DNA of 27,076 bases from the NCBI GenBank assembly GCA_043809245.1, contig JAZDDZ010000053.1, positions 1-27,076 of the forward strand, read 5' to 3'. Shown piece by piece: positions 1 to 8,726 of this stretch (position 1 is the stretch's first letter; each line of letters starts with the position of its first letter). Below the pieces are notes generated by a model, which worked only from the letters and a program-made list of their open reading frames with translations, was not told the origin of the DNA and made no database searches. Made by a program: the position numbers and the translations under genes. The DNA is from Candidatus Iainarchaeum sp. Its GTDB lineage: Archaea; Iainarchaeota; Iainarchaeia; Iainarchaeales; JAZDDZ01.

Positions 1-99
1 ACAGAAGCAATGCGCAAATACGTCACAGAAAGCCAACAAAAACACTGGACAGCAGAAAAACCCAAACCCGCGCAAACCACGCTACTACAATTCAATTAA
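1..99 (+). CDS. tnpA: IS200/IS605-family Y1 transposase TnpA, C-terminal fragment (truncated by window edge)
   Basis: Frame 1 reads TEAMRKYVTESQQKHWTAEKPKPAQTTLLQFN*, resembling the TnpA catalytic helix (..YI/V...Q). It is followed immediately by a typical IS200/605 end hairpin. Confidence 0.7.
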   Translation, partial: TEAMRKYVTESQQKHWTAEKPKPAQTTLLQFN

Positions 100-137
100 A
101 CCAGTGACGCCTGCCGCTTCAGCGGCAGGTAGTTCAC
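1..137 (+). mobile_element. Right end of an IS200/IS605-family element
   Basis: Perfect hairpin CCTGCCGC-TTCA-GCGGCAGG (110-129) followed by TAGTTCAC ending at 137. GTGA at 104-107 is complementary to the terminal TCAC. Confidence 0.75.
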
Positions 138-410
138 ATAAAAAAATTCTTTGCTCATAAGGTAATACCCAGGTAAACCCCAATTTTTGTCAGCATAGTT
201 GTATATTGCAGTTTTATCGTCTGCGACGGTCAGGTTATCATATTCAATCTCAGGATTAAAAATTATTTGCTGACAATTTTTTTTTGTTTCGGAAACATTA
301 TTACCCATAAAAGCATTGGGCATTGTATTTGGTTCAGAGTTTGGGGCTGTGCAACCACTAAAAGCAACCACAAAAAGCAATCCTAAAATTAGCGAGATTT
401 TGCCTTTCAA
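96..410 (-). pseudogene. Lipoprotein gene truncated by IS200 insertion
   Basis: Signal peptide with lipobox (MKGKISLILGLLFVVAFSG-C). The last residues VNYLPLKRQASLV are the reverse translation of the IS end (137-96). Confidence 0.65.
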
Positions 411-514
411 TTCAACCCACCCAATGCAAAAATAATGCTGGCGAAAAGACTAAAAAAGGGTTTATTTGATGGAATACAAAGATTTTAAGAGACTTATATT
501 CTCAAATAAGTAAT

Positions 515-1000
515 ATGCAAAGAAAGACCTTTGTCAAAATTCTAAAACGATTTGGCAATCAACAGAGGTATTTTATTGATGCATCAATTATCTTGGAAGT
601 ATTATTTGACCAGCCAAGAAAGGAAGAGTGGTTTAACTTTCTAACTCAATTTAAAGGAAACAAAATAGCCTTGATGTCTAACTTTACTGCAGGGGAAATA
701 ATTAAAGGTATCTATTTTTTTGAAAAAAAATTTTATAAGGAGTACGATACTAAAATAGCAATGCAAATTTTTAATGAGCTTATTATAGACTACCATTTGT
801 TTATAGAACGCATAACTGAAAAAACGGCAGACATTGCAAAAGAAGTAATTGAATACGATAGTAGGGTGCATTTTGAAGATGCATTAAATATTGGATTTGC
901 AAAGGAAAACGAGTGTACATTTTTTTGTAGTTTAGATAAAGGAATAAGCGACTGTACATTAAACCATTTTGGGCTTAAAAAAGTAGACTTGAATAAGTAG
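515..1000 (+). CDS. PIN-domain (VapC-like) nuclease
   Basis: Acidic PIN motifs YFIDASIILE, GEI, FEDAL and SLD; markedly AT-rich relative to the backbone. Confidence 0.8.
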   Translation: MQRKTFVKILKRFGNQQRYFIDASIILEVLFDQPRKEEWFNFLTQFKGNKIALMSNFTAGEIIKGIYFFEKKFYKEYDTKIAMQIFNELIIDYHLFIERITEKTADIAKEVIEYDSRVHFEDALNIGFAKENECTFFCSLDKGISDCTLNHFGLKKVDLNK

Positions 1001-1003
1001 TAA

Positions 1004-1117
1004 TTATTGCTGTCTTGAGCTTTTTAAAATAAAAACAGCCCCAAGCCTTTTTAGGTTATCGGGAATATTAGTAGATTGAATTAATCTCTCAATTTCCTTG
1101 TTATATTCCTTTTTCAT
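1004..1117 (-). CDS. Small 37-aa ORF convergent with the PIN gene
   Basis: MKKEYNKEIERLIQSTNIPDNLKRLGAVFILKSSRQQ*. A TATA-like TTTAATAA lies about 24 nt upstream; the stop is 3 nt from the PIN stop. Confidence 0.35.
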   Translation of the reverse strand: MKKEYNKEIERLIQSTNIPDNLKRLGAVFILKSSRQQ

Positions 1118-1187
1118 ACTAAAATAGTACCTGAAAGTACTTATTAAAACTTTTGTGAAAAGCCCTTATATATATAGCACCCGGTAT

Positions 1188-1430
1188 TTATTGGAATTTT
1201 GCGGTTATCCCCAATTCGTGAATCTCCTGAATTAAAACAATAATGTTGTGCGCTATCAGCTTGCATAGTAATTCATTTTTCTGCGCAGTGAGATTCTTGC
1301 TTTTCAGTGTTTCTCCAAGCTTGCTTTTTATCATCGCAAAAGTGGTTTCAACATTGCTTCTCAAATGGTAGTGTTTCAAAAACTCTTCTTGGTTCAAGCA
1401 AAAGTAGTGAAACATTTTTTTCCAAACCAT
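1188..1430 (-). pseudogene. C-terminal remnant of a DDE transposase (IS4/IS5-like)
   Basis: YHLRSNVETTFAMIKSKLG..LKSK...AQKNELLCKLIAHN contains the Y-x-x-R-x-x-x-E-x6-K (YREK) signature. The N-terminal part is absent and there is an in-frame stop just upstream. Confidence 0.8.
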
Positions 1431-1498
1431 AGAATTCTTTGGGCGAACAAAATCTGGGAAGGAGGGGGTCAGGAAAAACCTAAAACTGGGGGTGCCCT

Positions 1499-1510
1499 GC
1501 GGGTACCCGC
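1499..1510. other. Perfect 12-bp GC-rich palindrome GCGGGTACCCGC downstream of an orphan promoter
   Basis: Seen directly; lies about 25 nt downstream of the start of the minus-strand TATA box. Confidence 0.5.
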
Positions 1511-1527
1511 GGTTTGGAATACAAGCG

Positions 1528-1541
1528 CTTTTAAACGTTTC
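1528..1541 (-). promoter_or_regulatory. BRE-TATA-like promoter GAAACG-TTTAAAAG, divergent from rpl21e
   Basis: Close to the archaeal consensus; no credible intact ORF starts downstream. Confidence 0.45.
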
Positions 1542-1587
1542 CGATGGGAAAATTAGTTATTAATCCGTTTGAGAGAGTGGGGTTTTT

Positions 1588-1902
1588 ATGACTAATAAGC
1601 CTGCAAAGGGCAAAAGGGCAAAGACAAGGAATAAGTTCACGAAAAGGCACGGCCGTACGACCGTTAACAAGCTTTTGCAGGACATTAATGTGGGGGAGAA
1701 AGTCCAGCTTGTAGTTGACAGTTCCATTCATTCAGCAATGCCTCCGCGAAGGTTTCATGGAAGCACTGCAATTGTTACAGGCAAGAGAGGCAGGGCTTTC
1801 ATTGTTGAATTAAAGAAGGGCAGGGATTCCGCTGAATTGATTGTCGGCCCGGCTCATTTGAATGTTTTGGGCGCAAGCTCTAAGGAAGGCGAGGCAAGAT
1901 GA
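1588..1902 (+). CDS. rpl21e: 50S ribosomal protein L21e
   Basis: G.R..TR.K, SIHSAMPPRRFHG.T..V.GKRGRAF and P.HL motifs; conserved position before rpo4. Confidence 0.95.
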   Translation: MTNKPAKGKRAKTRNKFTKRHGRTTVNKLLQDINVGEKVQLVVDSSIHSAMPPRRFHGSTAIVTGKRGRAFIVELKKGRDSAELIVGPAHLNVLGASSKEGEAR

Positions 1903-2234
1903 TTGGAAAAAAACTGAATTCAATTGAAGCCGTTCCATTATTCGAAGTAAAGGAGATTTTAAAGGACAGGGCTGAAGCCGGGGACTTAACTTACGAGCAG
2001 AACGTAACCAACGAGTATGTTAAAAAATTTGCAAAGATATCCAAAGCCAAGGGCGCAAAGCTTTTGGAGGAATTAAAAGCCATTGAGGGAGTTGAAGCAA
2101 AGCTTGCGGTTAAGATAGCCGACGTTCTTCCAGCGGATGTTGATTCAATGAAACTGATTCTGCCAAAAAACAGCAGCATGAGCGCGGAAACCATTGAAAA
2201 AATAGTTGAGACAGTAAAGTCTTTTGCAAAGTAA
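1899..2234 (+). CDS. rpo4: RNA polymerase subunit Rpo4 (F)
   Basis: MIGK..., EVKEIL, LTYEQ, AVKIADVLP; ATGA overlap with rpl21e. Confidence 0.93.
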   Translation: MIGKKLNSIEAVPLFEVKEILKDRAEAGDLTYEQNVTNEYVKKFAKISKAKGAKLLEELKAIEGVEAKLAVKIADVLPADVDSMKLILPKNSSMSAETIEKIVETVKSFAK

Positions 2235-2283
2235 AACGGTTTTTATCCCTTTTGAGGGAAGAATAGGATACGAAGGGATTTGA

Positions 2284-2880
2284 ATGATGGTTGAAGACAA
2301 CGCAATAGTCCTTGATTTCATGCCGCGCGGAAAAGGCTCTAGCTTCAAGCCCGAACCGCTTGCACAGGTGCTCGGCACCTCTCACTTCACTTTGTTGGAG
2401 GTTGTTCCAAAAGAGGGAGTTGAATTAAAGGCATTTGACAGTGTTTACATCGGAAAAGAGGAAAGGGACAAAATAGACCACATAAAGCGCAGGATTAACT
2501 TCAAGGACCTTACATCCAATTCTGTTGCCGAAATAGAGAAAGCCATTGAAAAAATAATCCGCGAACAGGAACAGAAATTCGTTGAATTCTTCAACAACGC
2601 GCAGCCGATTTCAATCAAAAGGCACAAGCTCGAGCTTTTGCCTGGCCTGGGAAAAAAACATCTGATGAGCATTCTCTCTGAAAGGGAGAAAGAGCCCTTC
2701 ACTTCCTTCAAGGACATTCAGGCGCGCGTCCACTTAATGCCTGACACAGTCAAAACAATTGCCAAGCGCGTGACGGAAGAGCTTGAGGGAGGCGGAGACA
2801 AGCACTTCATTTTTGCAAGGCCTCCTGCACAGGAACACGATGACTTTAGGCCTAGAAGGGAATTCAGCAGAGGGGAATGA
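2284..2880 (+). CDS. DUF655 putative RNA-binding protein
   Basis: AIVLDFMP.G, FTLLE, FFN.AQPISIKRH.LELLPGLGKK; canonical rpl21e-rpo4-DUF655-rsmA synteny. Confidence 0.92.
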   Translation: MMVEDNAIVLDFMPRGKGSSFKPEPLAQVLGTSHFTLLEVVPKEGVELKAFDSVYIGKEERDKIDHIKRRINFKDLTSNSVAEIEKAIEKIIREQEQKFVEFFNNAQPISIKRHKLELLPGLGKKHLMSILSEREKEPFTSFKDIQARVHLMPDTVKTIAKRVTEELEGGGDKHFIFARPPAQEHDDFRPRREFSRGE

Positions 2881-2961
2881 AATGGTTTCAGTTATTGGTG
2901 GCAAAGGATTTGCTTACCTTTAATAATCTTTTTACAGTAAATTTTGGCAGGAGGTCATGCA

Positions 2962-3510
2962 ATGCTTGAATGGATTGTTTTAATTGTAATCGCAGTAATA
3001 GCCGTGGCATTGATTGCCATTTACAACGGCTTGATTTCTTCAAGGAACCGCGTAAAAAACGCATGGAGCCAGATAGACGTTGAACTCAAGAGAAGGTTTG
3101 ACTTGATTCCAAACCTTGTTGAGACAGTTAAGGGCTACATGAAGCACGAGCGCGGAACATTTGAGGAAGTCACAAAGCTCAGGTCACAGTTGATGAACGC
3201 TTCAGGAAGAAAAGAACAGGGCCAGATAAGCGACATGCTTTCAGGGGCTTTGAAATCACTTTTTGCGGTGGCGGAAAACTACCCTGAACTGAAGGCAAAC
3301 GAGAACTTCAAAATGCTGCAGGAAGAGCTTTCCGGAACCGAAAACAAAATAGCGTATTCAAGGAAATTCTACAACGATTCAGTGTACATGTACAACACAT
3401 CAGTGCAGTCATTCCCAACAAACGTTATTGCGGGAATGTTCGGCTTCAAGGAATCAGAGTTCTTCGGAATAGCCGAATCAGAGAAAGGGCCTGTAAAAGT
3501 GCAGTTTTAA
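2962..3510 (+). CDS. lemA: LemA family protein
   Basis: N-terminal TM helix, [38 protein letters not shown]; GGAGG RBS before ATG 2962. Confidence 0.95.
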   Translation: MLEWIVLIVIAVIAVALIAIYNGLISSRNRVKNAWSQIDVELKRRFDLIPNLVETVKGYMKHERGTFEEVTKLRSQLMNASGRKEQGQISDMLSGALKSLFAVAENYPELKANENFKMLQEELSGTENKIAYSRKFYNDSVYMYNTSVQSFPTNVIAGMFGFKESEFFGIAESEKGPVKVQF

Positions 3511-3549
3511 GCTGCGCTTTTTTTATTCTTTATTTAACGGTAGAGTCAT

Positions 3550-4443
3550 ATGAATGTTTACCAGCAAATATCCTCGAATAAAACAAAGTCAATCCTATTG
3601 TTTTCCTTTTTCTTTCTAGCCATTCTTTTCCTTGGATGGGTTATCGGGGAAATCACGGGCTTTGGCGCAGGGGCGCTTGTAATTGCGTTCATTCTCGCGG
3701 TCCTTCTTTCCTTTTTCTCCTATTATTATTCCGACAGCATTGTCCTCAAGATTTCCCGGGCAAGGGAAGTTAAACGCGAGGAATTCCCTTTCTTGTTTGA
3801 CATTGTTCAGGCAGTTGCAATGGGTGCAGGGGTTCCGAAACCACGCCTTTACGTGATAAATGACACTGCCCCAAACGCTTTTGCAACTGGAAGAAACCCA
3901 CAGCACTCGGTTATCTGCGTTACAACCGGCTTGCTTCAAAAACTTGACCGCAACGAATTGGAGGCAGTCATTGCCCACGAAATGTCGCACATTAAAAACT
4001 ATGACATGCTTGTAATGACAGTCTCCGTGGTGCTTGTCGGCGTAATTGTCTTATTGAGCGACTTTATTTTGAGAAGCTTTCTTTGGGGAAGGCGAGGCGG
4101 CAACAGCAGGGAAAGCGGCAGCCTTGGGCTTGTTTTGATAGCCATAGGCATTCTTTTTGCGGTTCTTTCTCCATTCATTGCAACAATCATTCGCCTGGCG
4201 ATTTCACGCAAAAGGGAGTTTTTGGCTGACGCTGACTCCGCCTTGATGACGCATAACCCTGAAGCGCTTGCCTCGGCTCTTTTAAAAATCTCCAATGACA
4301 AGGAGCCATTGGAGGCAGCAAACAAGGCAACCGCGCACCTTTACATCATCAACCCCCTTAAAGAACACGCCAGCTTTATGAACAATTTGTTCAGCACACA
4401 CCCCCCAATTGAGGCAAGGGTGAAGGCGTTAAGGGGAATGTAA
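3550..4443 (+). CDS. htpX: HtpX (M48) membrane zinc metalloprotease
   Basis: PNAFATG, AHEMSH (HEXXH), SRKREFLAD and FSTHPP motifs. Confidence 0.95.
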   Translation: MNVYQQISSNKTKSILLFSFFFLAILFLGWVIGEITGFGAGALVIAFILAVLLSFFSYYYSDSIVLKISRAREVKREEFPFLFDIVQAVAMGAGVPKPRLYVINDTAPNAFATGRNPQHSVICVTTGLLQKLDRNELEAVIAHEMSHIKNYDMLVMTVSVVLVGVIVLLSDFILRSFLWGRRGGNSRESGSLGLVLIAIGILFAVLSPFIATIIRLAISRKREFLADADSALMTHNPEALASALLKISNDKEPLEAANKATAHLYIINPLKEHASFMNNLFSTHPPIEARVKALRGM

Positions 4444-4471
4444 TTAATTACTTTGCGTTTCTTTTTCTTTA

Positions 4472-5305
4472 ATGCAGGGCGCACTTTTCTCCGAATTGAA
4501 CAATCAGATGGTCAAATACCATTTCAAGCCCTCGCATAAATTCGCGCAGAACTTCATTGTGAATGAAAAGCTGCTGCAGGAAATCGTCAGCGCCGCGCAG
4601 TTAACCAAAAAGGATAGGGTGCTTGAAATCGGCGCTGGAACCGGCTTTCTCACGCGCGAGCTTTTGAAGCACGCGGGAAAAATTATTGCGGTTGAAAAAG
4701 ACGCTTTGCTTTGCGGTTTGCTTGAAGAGGAATTCAAGGGCGAAAAAAAACTTGAAATCATTAAGGGAAATTTTTTGTTTGAAAAGCTGCCGGAATTCAA
4801 CAAAGTTGTCTCCCTCCCGCCTTATTCAATTTCCTCCGGCATCATGCTTCGCTTGTTCGAGCTTGGCTTTGAAAAAGCAGTTCTTGTTTTCCAGCGTGAA
4901 TTCGTTGAAAAATTGGTTGCAGAGCCGGGTTTTGTGGAATACAACGCGTTATCCGTCCTGACAACTTACTTCACTGAACAGAAAATCCTGGAGAAAAGCA
5001 TTTCCCCTAACTCTTTCTATCCAAAGCCGAATTCTTTTTCATCGCTTGTTGTGCTTGACGCAAAAAAAAGGTTCGGCTCAGTTAACGATGAATTGTTTGC
5101 GGATTTTTTGAAGCAATTGTTCCGCCTGAAGAACAAGAACCTTTCAAAGGCCTTGGCGAAATGCTTTCCTTTTTGGAAAAAAAACCTGAAAATCGGAAAA
5201 GAAGAGTTCCTTGAAACAGCCAATTCGCTTGAACTGGCAAAGGAAAAGGTCAACAGGCTTGAATGCAGAGAATTCCTTGAGGTCTTTAAACAAATTCTTC
5301 AATGA
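4472..5305 (+). CDS. rsmA: 16S rRNA adenine dimethyltransferase RsmA/KsgA (atypical motif IV)
   Basis: QNF, VLEIGAGTGFLT, AVEKD, FQREF and FYPKP motifs; synteny with DUF655. Confidence 0.9.
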   Translation: MQGALFSELNNQMVKYHFKPSHKFAQNFIVNEKLLQEIVSAAQLTKKDRVLEIGAGTGFLTRELLKHAGKIIAVEKDALLCGLLEEEFKGEKKLEIIKGNFLFEKLPEFNKVVSLPPYSISSGIMLRLFELGFEKAVLVFQREFVEKLVAEPGFVEYNALSVLTTYFTEQKILEKSISPNSFYPKPNSFSSLVVLDAKKRFGSVNDELFADFLKQLFRLKNKNLSKALAKCFPFWKKNLKIGKEEFLETANSLELAKEKVNRLECREFLEVFKQILQ

Positions 5306-6833
5306 TTACTTCCTCAAAGTCAATTACCCTTGATTTGAGCGCCTGTTTTTCCGCCAAATCAAGCTTTCTGGTGTTCTCAGAGTAAATCTCGTAAAGTATC
5401 TGGCCTTCCCTGATGCTTTCCCCTGCAAGCACCTTTAAGAGAACGCCCGCGCGCTTGTCAGCGGGAGCCCCGGAAAGGCGCGCGATTTCAATTACTTTTT
5501 TGACGTTTATTTTCTTTATTTCGCCCGCGCTTTTTGCCTTTACTTCCTTTTTGAACCTGGCAAGCCTAACGTCCTCGGAGCGCAGAATCTTTCCGTCCTG
5601 TGCCTTGATTATTTCCTTCATTTTTTCAAGAGCCATTCCCGAGGTCAGGATTTCTTTTGCCAGCCTGTGGCCTTCACCTTTCTTTGACCTGCCGACAAGC
5701 TCGAATAATGCGCCCGCAAGCCCGCAGCTTTTTTCCGCAAGCGCGTTCCATTTTTTTCCCTCAAGCGTCTCCATTACCTCTTTTGCCTCAAGCGCTGGCC
5801 CGAAAGCCATTCCAACAGGCTCGTCGCCGTCAGTCAAAACCGCTTCAACCTTTATGCCGACTCTTTTGCCGACTTCAATGAAGTCCCGGGCCATTTCCTC
5901 GGCGGTTTCCCTTGACTTTATTTTTACCTCAGGCCCCACAGGCAAATCAATCACCAAAAACTTTGCGCCAACCGAAGCCTTTTTTGACATCACTGACGCT
6001 ATAACCTGGCCTTTTGGGTCCAGTGAAAGCGGGTGCTCGAGCTTTATCATTTTGTCATCCACTGGCGCTAGGTCAACTGCGCCGCCCCAGCTTATCACTC
6101 CTCCAACCTTGTTTGTTATGTCCCTTATCCTTTCAAGTGAAAGGGAAACGTTTGCAAGCACTTCCATTGAATCAGCGGTTCCAGCAGCGCTTGTAATGCT
6201 CCTGCTTGAAGTTTTGGGTATGAGGTAGCCTGCGGCGGCAATTATCGGCACAACAATCATTGTAGTCCTTCCATTTGTTCCGCCAACAGAATGCTTGTCT
6301 AAAATGAATTCCTTTTCAAACTTCAACTGCCTTCCATCGGCTATAAGCGCGTTTGTCATTGCCACTATTTCCTCCAAGTCAAAGCCATTGATGTAAACGG
6401 ATGACATGAACGCGGAAGCCTCAATGTCGCTTAGCCTGTCGTTTGCAATGTCGTCAACTATTGCCTTTAATTCCCCGGCGGTTAATTTCTGCTTGTCCAT
6501 TTTTTTCTTAATGAATGCAACGCTTTCCGGCCTTTCAACCGCTTTGACCTCAACTTCCTGGCCGTTTTTGACTGCAAGAATTTTTTGCGCTTCCTCAAAC
6601 AAGCCGACCTCGTTTTCCTCAACCATTGAAGTTGTTAGGTCAACTACAACAACCAATGCCTTCCCTGTTTTCTGGTTTCTCACCTGAACCCTTTCAAGCG
6701 CAAAAATCCCAAGCTCTTTTGCGTCAATCTCGTTCATTAAAGCGATTAGCTTGCCTGAATAAATGTTGAAGGTTTTTACCTTCATCTGCTGCGAATAACT
6801 CGAAGTGCTATCCCCATTATCCATAAAAACCAT
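5286..6833 (-). CDS. deoA: AMP phosphorylase (archaeal NMP phosphorylase, thymidine phosphorylase family)
   Basis: DKHSVGG, PKTSSRSITSAAGTADSMEVLA, WGGAVDLAPVDD and ASVMSKK motifs, plus the N-terminal extension typical of AMP phosphorylase. Start uncertain (6833, 6824 or 6785). Confidence 0.92.
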   Translation of the reverse strand: MVFMDNGDSTSSYSQQMKVKTFNIYSGKLIALMNEIDAKELGIFALERVQVRNQKTGKALVVVVDLTTSMVEENEVGLFEEAQKILAVKNGQEVEVKAVERPESVAFIKKKMDKQKLTAGELKAIVDDIANDRLSDIEASAFMSSVYINGFDLEEIVAMTNALIADGRQLKFEKEFILDKHSVGGTNGRTTMIVVPIIAAAGYLIPKTSSRSITSAAGTADSMEVLANVSLSLERIRDITNKVGGVISWGGAVDLAPVDDKMIKLEHPLSLDPKGQVIASVMSKKASVGAKFLVIDLPVGPEVKIKSRETAEEMARDFIEVGKRVGIKVEAVLTDGDEPVGMAFGPALEAKEVMETLEGKKWNALAEKSCGLAGALFELVGRSKKGEGHRLAKEILTSGMALEKMKEIIKAQDGKILRSEDVRLARFKKEVKAKSAGEIKKINVKKVIEIARLSGAPADKRAGVLLKVLAGESIREGQILYEIYSENTRKLDLAEKQALKSRVIDFEEVIIEEFV

Positions 6834-6869
6834 ACAAAATGAAACGGAAAGGGATTAAAAGCTTTTAGC

Positions 6870-7577
6870 TCAAAGCAGCGCTTTCGCGAATTCTTCCGCT
6901 GCTGCCTTCATGTCCTGCGCGCCGTAGATTCCCCTGCCGATTATTGCATGCCAGTGGCTTCCCGCTGCCTTCGCCGAATCAGTTATTTTTCCGCCCTGTG
7001 CAATCAGGCCGGGGGAGTAAAGCACTGGTTTCACGCCTTTTTTTTCAAGCAGTTCCCTGTAATAGGAAATTTTTTCAGGCTTGTTTCCCGGGACAACAAA
7101 ATCTGTTACGCCGTTTTCGGCTGCAAGGGAATAAATTTTTTCAGGTGCGCCCTCAGCAATCGAGCCCCCGTCCTTTTGCAGGAAGCCCTCGTGCGTCATT
7201 TCCCCCCCGACAATCACGCCCAATCCCTTGTTTTTGCATGCCTCAATCCACGCTTTCTCGGTTTTCGGGCCTGTGAATGGAAACAAAATCACTGCGTCAA
7301 CCCCGCTTTCCTTGCAGGAAGCCGCAAACCTTTCCCCCATTTCGGGAATGTCGTTTCCTGCCTTTTGGTGGTCGTAAATGACTGGCAGGTCGCTTAAGCC
7401 CTTAACAGTTGAAACAACTTCCCGCAAACCGAATTTAATCACGAGTTCAAAGCCAACCTTGTATGCCCCGATTCCTTTCACTCCACTGGTTGCTTCAACC
7501 AATTCCGCCAACTTTTCAAGCGAATCAACATCGCAAGCGGGAACAACGCTCCTGTCCAGTGAAATTATTTTGCCCAA
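6870..7577 (-). CDS. pyrF: Orotidine-5'-phosphate decarboxylase (variant motif)
   Basis: ACD, YKVG, DHQKAGNDIP, SPGLIAQGG and IIGRGIY motifs; last gene of the pyr cluster. Confidence 0.88.
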   Translation of the reverse strand: MGKIISLDRSVVPACDVDSLEKLAELVEATSGVKGIGAYKVGFELVIKFGLREVVSTVKGLSDLPVIYDHQKAGNDIPEMGERFAASCKESGVDAVILFPFTGPKTEKAWIEACKNKGLGVIVGGEMTHEGFLQKDGGSIAEGAPEKIYSLAAENGVTDFVVPGNKPEKISYYRELLEKKGVKPVLYSPGLIAQGGKITDSAKAAGSHWHAIIGRGIYGAQDMKAAAEEFAKALL

Positions 7578-7582
7578 TTACA

Positions 7583-7825
7583 TCACCTTCTGCGAATTTT
7601 TTCCAAATCCTCTCTTGTAATTTTTGCTTGTTTCATGATGCTTATAAGGGTCCCTGGTACAAGTGTTTTGTGCATCGGAACAATTACTTTAATCTTGTCT
7701 CCATTTTCTTTTTTTAAAAGTATTACATGGCTTCCCTGCTGGTCCAAAATTGCAAATCCAAATTTTGAAAGAATTTTTATTATTTTTTTACCGGATATCA
7801 CGGGAAGCTTCGCCAAAAAAGTCAC
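7583..7825 (-). CDS. hicA: HicA mRNA interferase toxin
   Basis: LPVISG, GF...Q.GSH.IL, VPMH..L..GTL.SI; start may be TTG 7816. Confidence 0.9.
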   Translation of the reverse strand: MTFLAKLPVISGKKIIKILSKFGFAILDQQGSHVILLKKENGDKIKVIVPMHKTLVPGTLISIMKQAKITREDLEKIRRR

Positions 7826-7826
7826 T

Positions 7827-8048
7827 TCATTTAACTGTAATCGTTGCCAACACCTGTTCCCTGCCCTGCCTTAAATCCAATGCAGCAAGCTCTTTTGGCT
7901 CAGCGTGCTTTAGGTAAAGTTCGCATGCCTCTCTAAGGTTTTCAAGCGCTTCATCAATTGTTTTGCCCTGTGATGCAAGGCCAAGCTCGACGCAATGCGA
8001 TACAAACCATTTTCCTTCCTTTTCTACTACTGCATTCAACTTATACAT
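7827..8048 (-). CDS. hicB: Short HicB antitoxin (no C-terminal DNA-binding domain)
   Basis: FVSHCVELGLASQGKTIDEALENLREACELY; lies directly upstream of hicA. Confidence 0.9.
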   Translation of the reverse strand: MYKLNAVVEKEGKWFVSHCVELGLASQGKTIDEALENLREACELYLKHAEPKELAALDLRQGREQVLATITVK

Positions 8049-8099
8049 TTTTTCACCAATAAATTATTGTGCAAACCGACTTTAATTACTTTCGCCTGT

Positions 8100-8726
8100 T
8101 CACTTTCCTTCCTTTGGCTGGCCCCATTTAACCGGGTCTTTGAGGTATGACATTATTTCCTTGAACTGCTCTTCGTTTATTTTTTCATGCTTTTTCAAAA
8201 AAACAATTATTTCCGTTATTTTGAGCGCGGAATGAAGCGCGTATCCTTTTTCTTCCAGTTCTTTTTTTCCGCCCTGCTCCCTGTCAACCAAAACCACTAT
8301 GTCATTGACTTTCAACCCGGCCTGCTTTAAAGGCTCAATCGCTTCAAGCTTGCTTGCACCGGTTGTGATGAGGTCATCGTACACTAAAACCATGTCGCCT
8401 TCCTTGAAGTTGCCTTCAATCGCCCTCTTTGTCCCGTAATCCTTCTGCTCTTTTCTCGGGTAAATCATTGGCCAGCCGCTTTCAAGCGAAATCGCGGTCG
8501 CAATTGAAATCGCGGCGTAAGGCACGCCGGCAATCCTGTCAAAGTTCAAACCCTTAGTTGTTTCAATCAGCTGGTGCGCGACTTTCTTCAATACCCCGGG
8601 AAATGAAACGAGTATGCGCAAGTCAATGTAAATAGGGCTCTTTAACCCGCTTTTCAAAGTGAATTCGCCGAACTTTATTGCGCCAATCTCAAACAAGTCA
8701 ATTGCAAGCTGCTCTTTCTCGTTCAT
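8100..8726 (-). CDS. pyrE: Orotate phosphoribosyltransferase
   Basis: [31 protein letters not shown] motif [11 protein letters not shown]. Confidence 0.96.
   Translation of the reverse strand: MNEKEQLAIDLFEIGAIKFGEFTLKSGLKSPIYIDLRILVSFPGVLKKVAHQLIETTKGLNFDRIAGVPYAAISIATAISLESGWPMIYPRKEQKDYGTKRAIEGNFKEGDMVLVYDDLITTGASKLEAIEPLKQAGLKVNDIVVLVDREQGGKKELEEKGYALHSALKITEIIVFLKKHEKINEEQFKEIMSYLKDPVKWGQPKEGK

Noticed and set aside
1420-1519. 9-bp inverted repeat TTCCAAACC/GGTTTGGAA as MITE ends
   Set aside because: Short, one arm lies inside transposase codons, and no target duplication was seen.
5413-6228. 271-aa plus-strand ORF
   Set aside because: Antisense shadow of AMP phosphorylase with no motifs.
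7578-7600. pyrE remnant after hicA (and spt5 remnant before rpl11)
   Set aside because: Only very short purine-rich similarities, so these two insertions do not visibly follow the remnant pattern.
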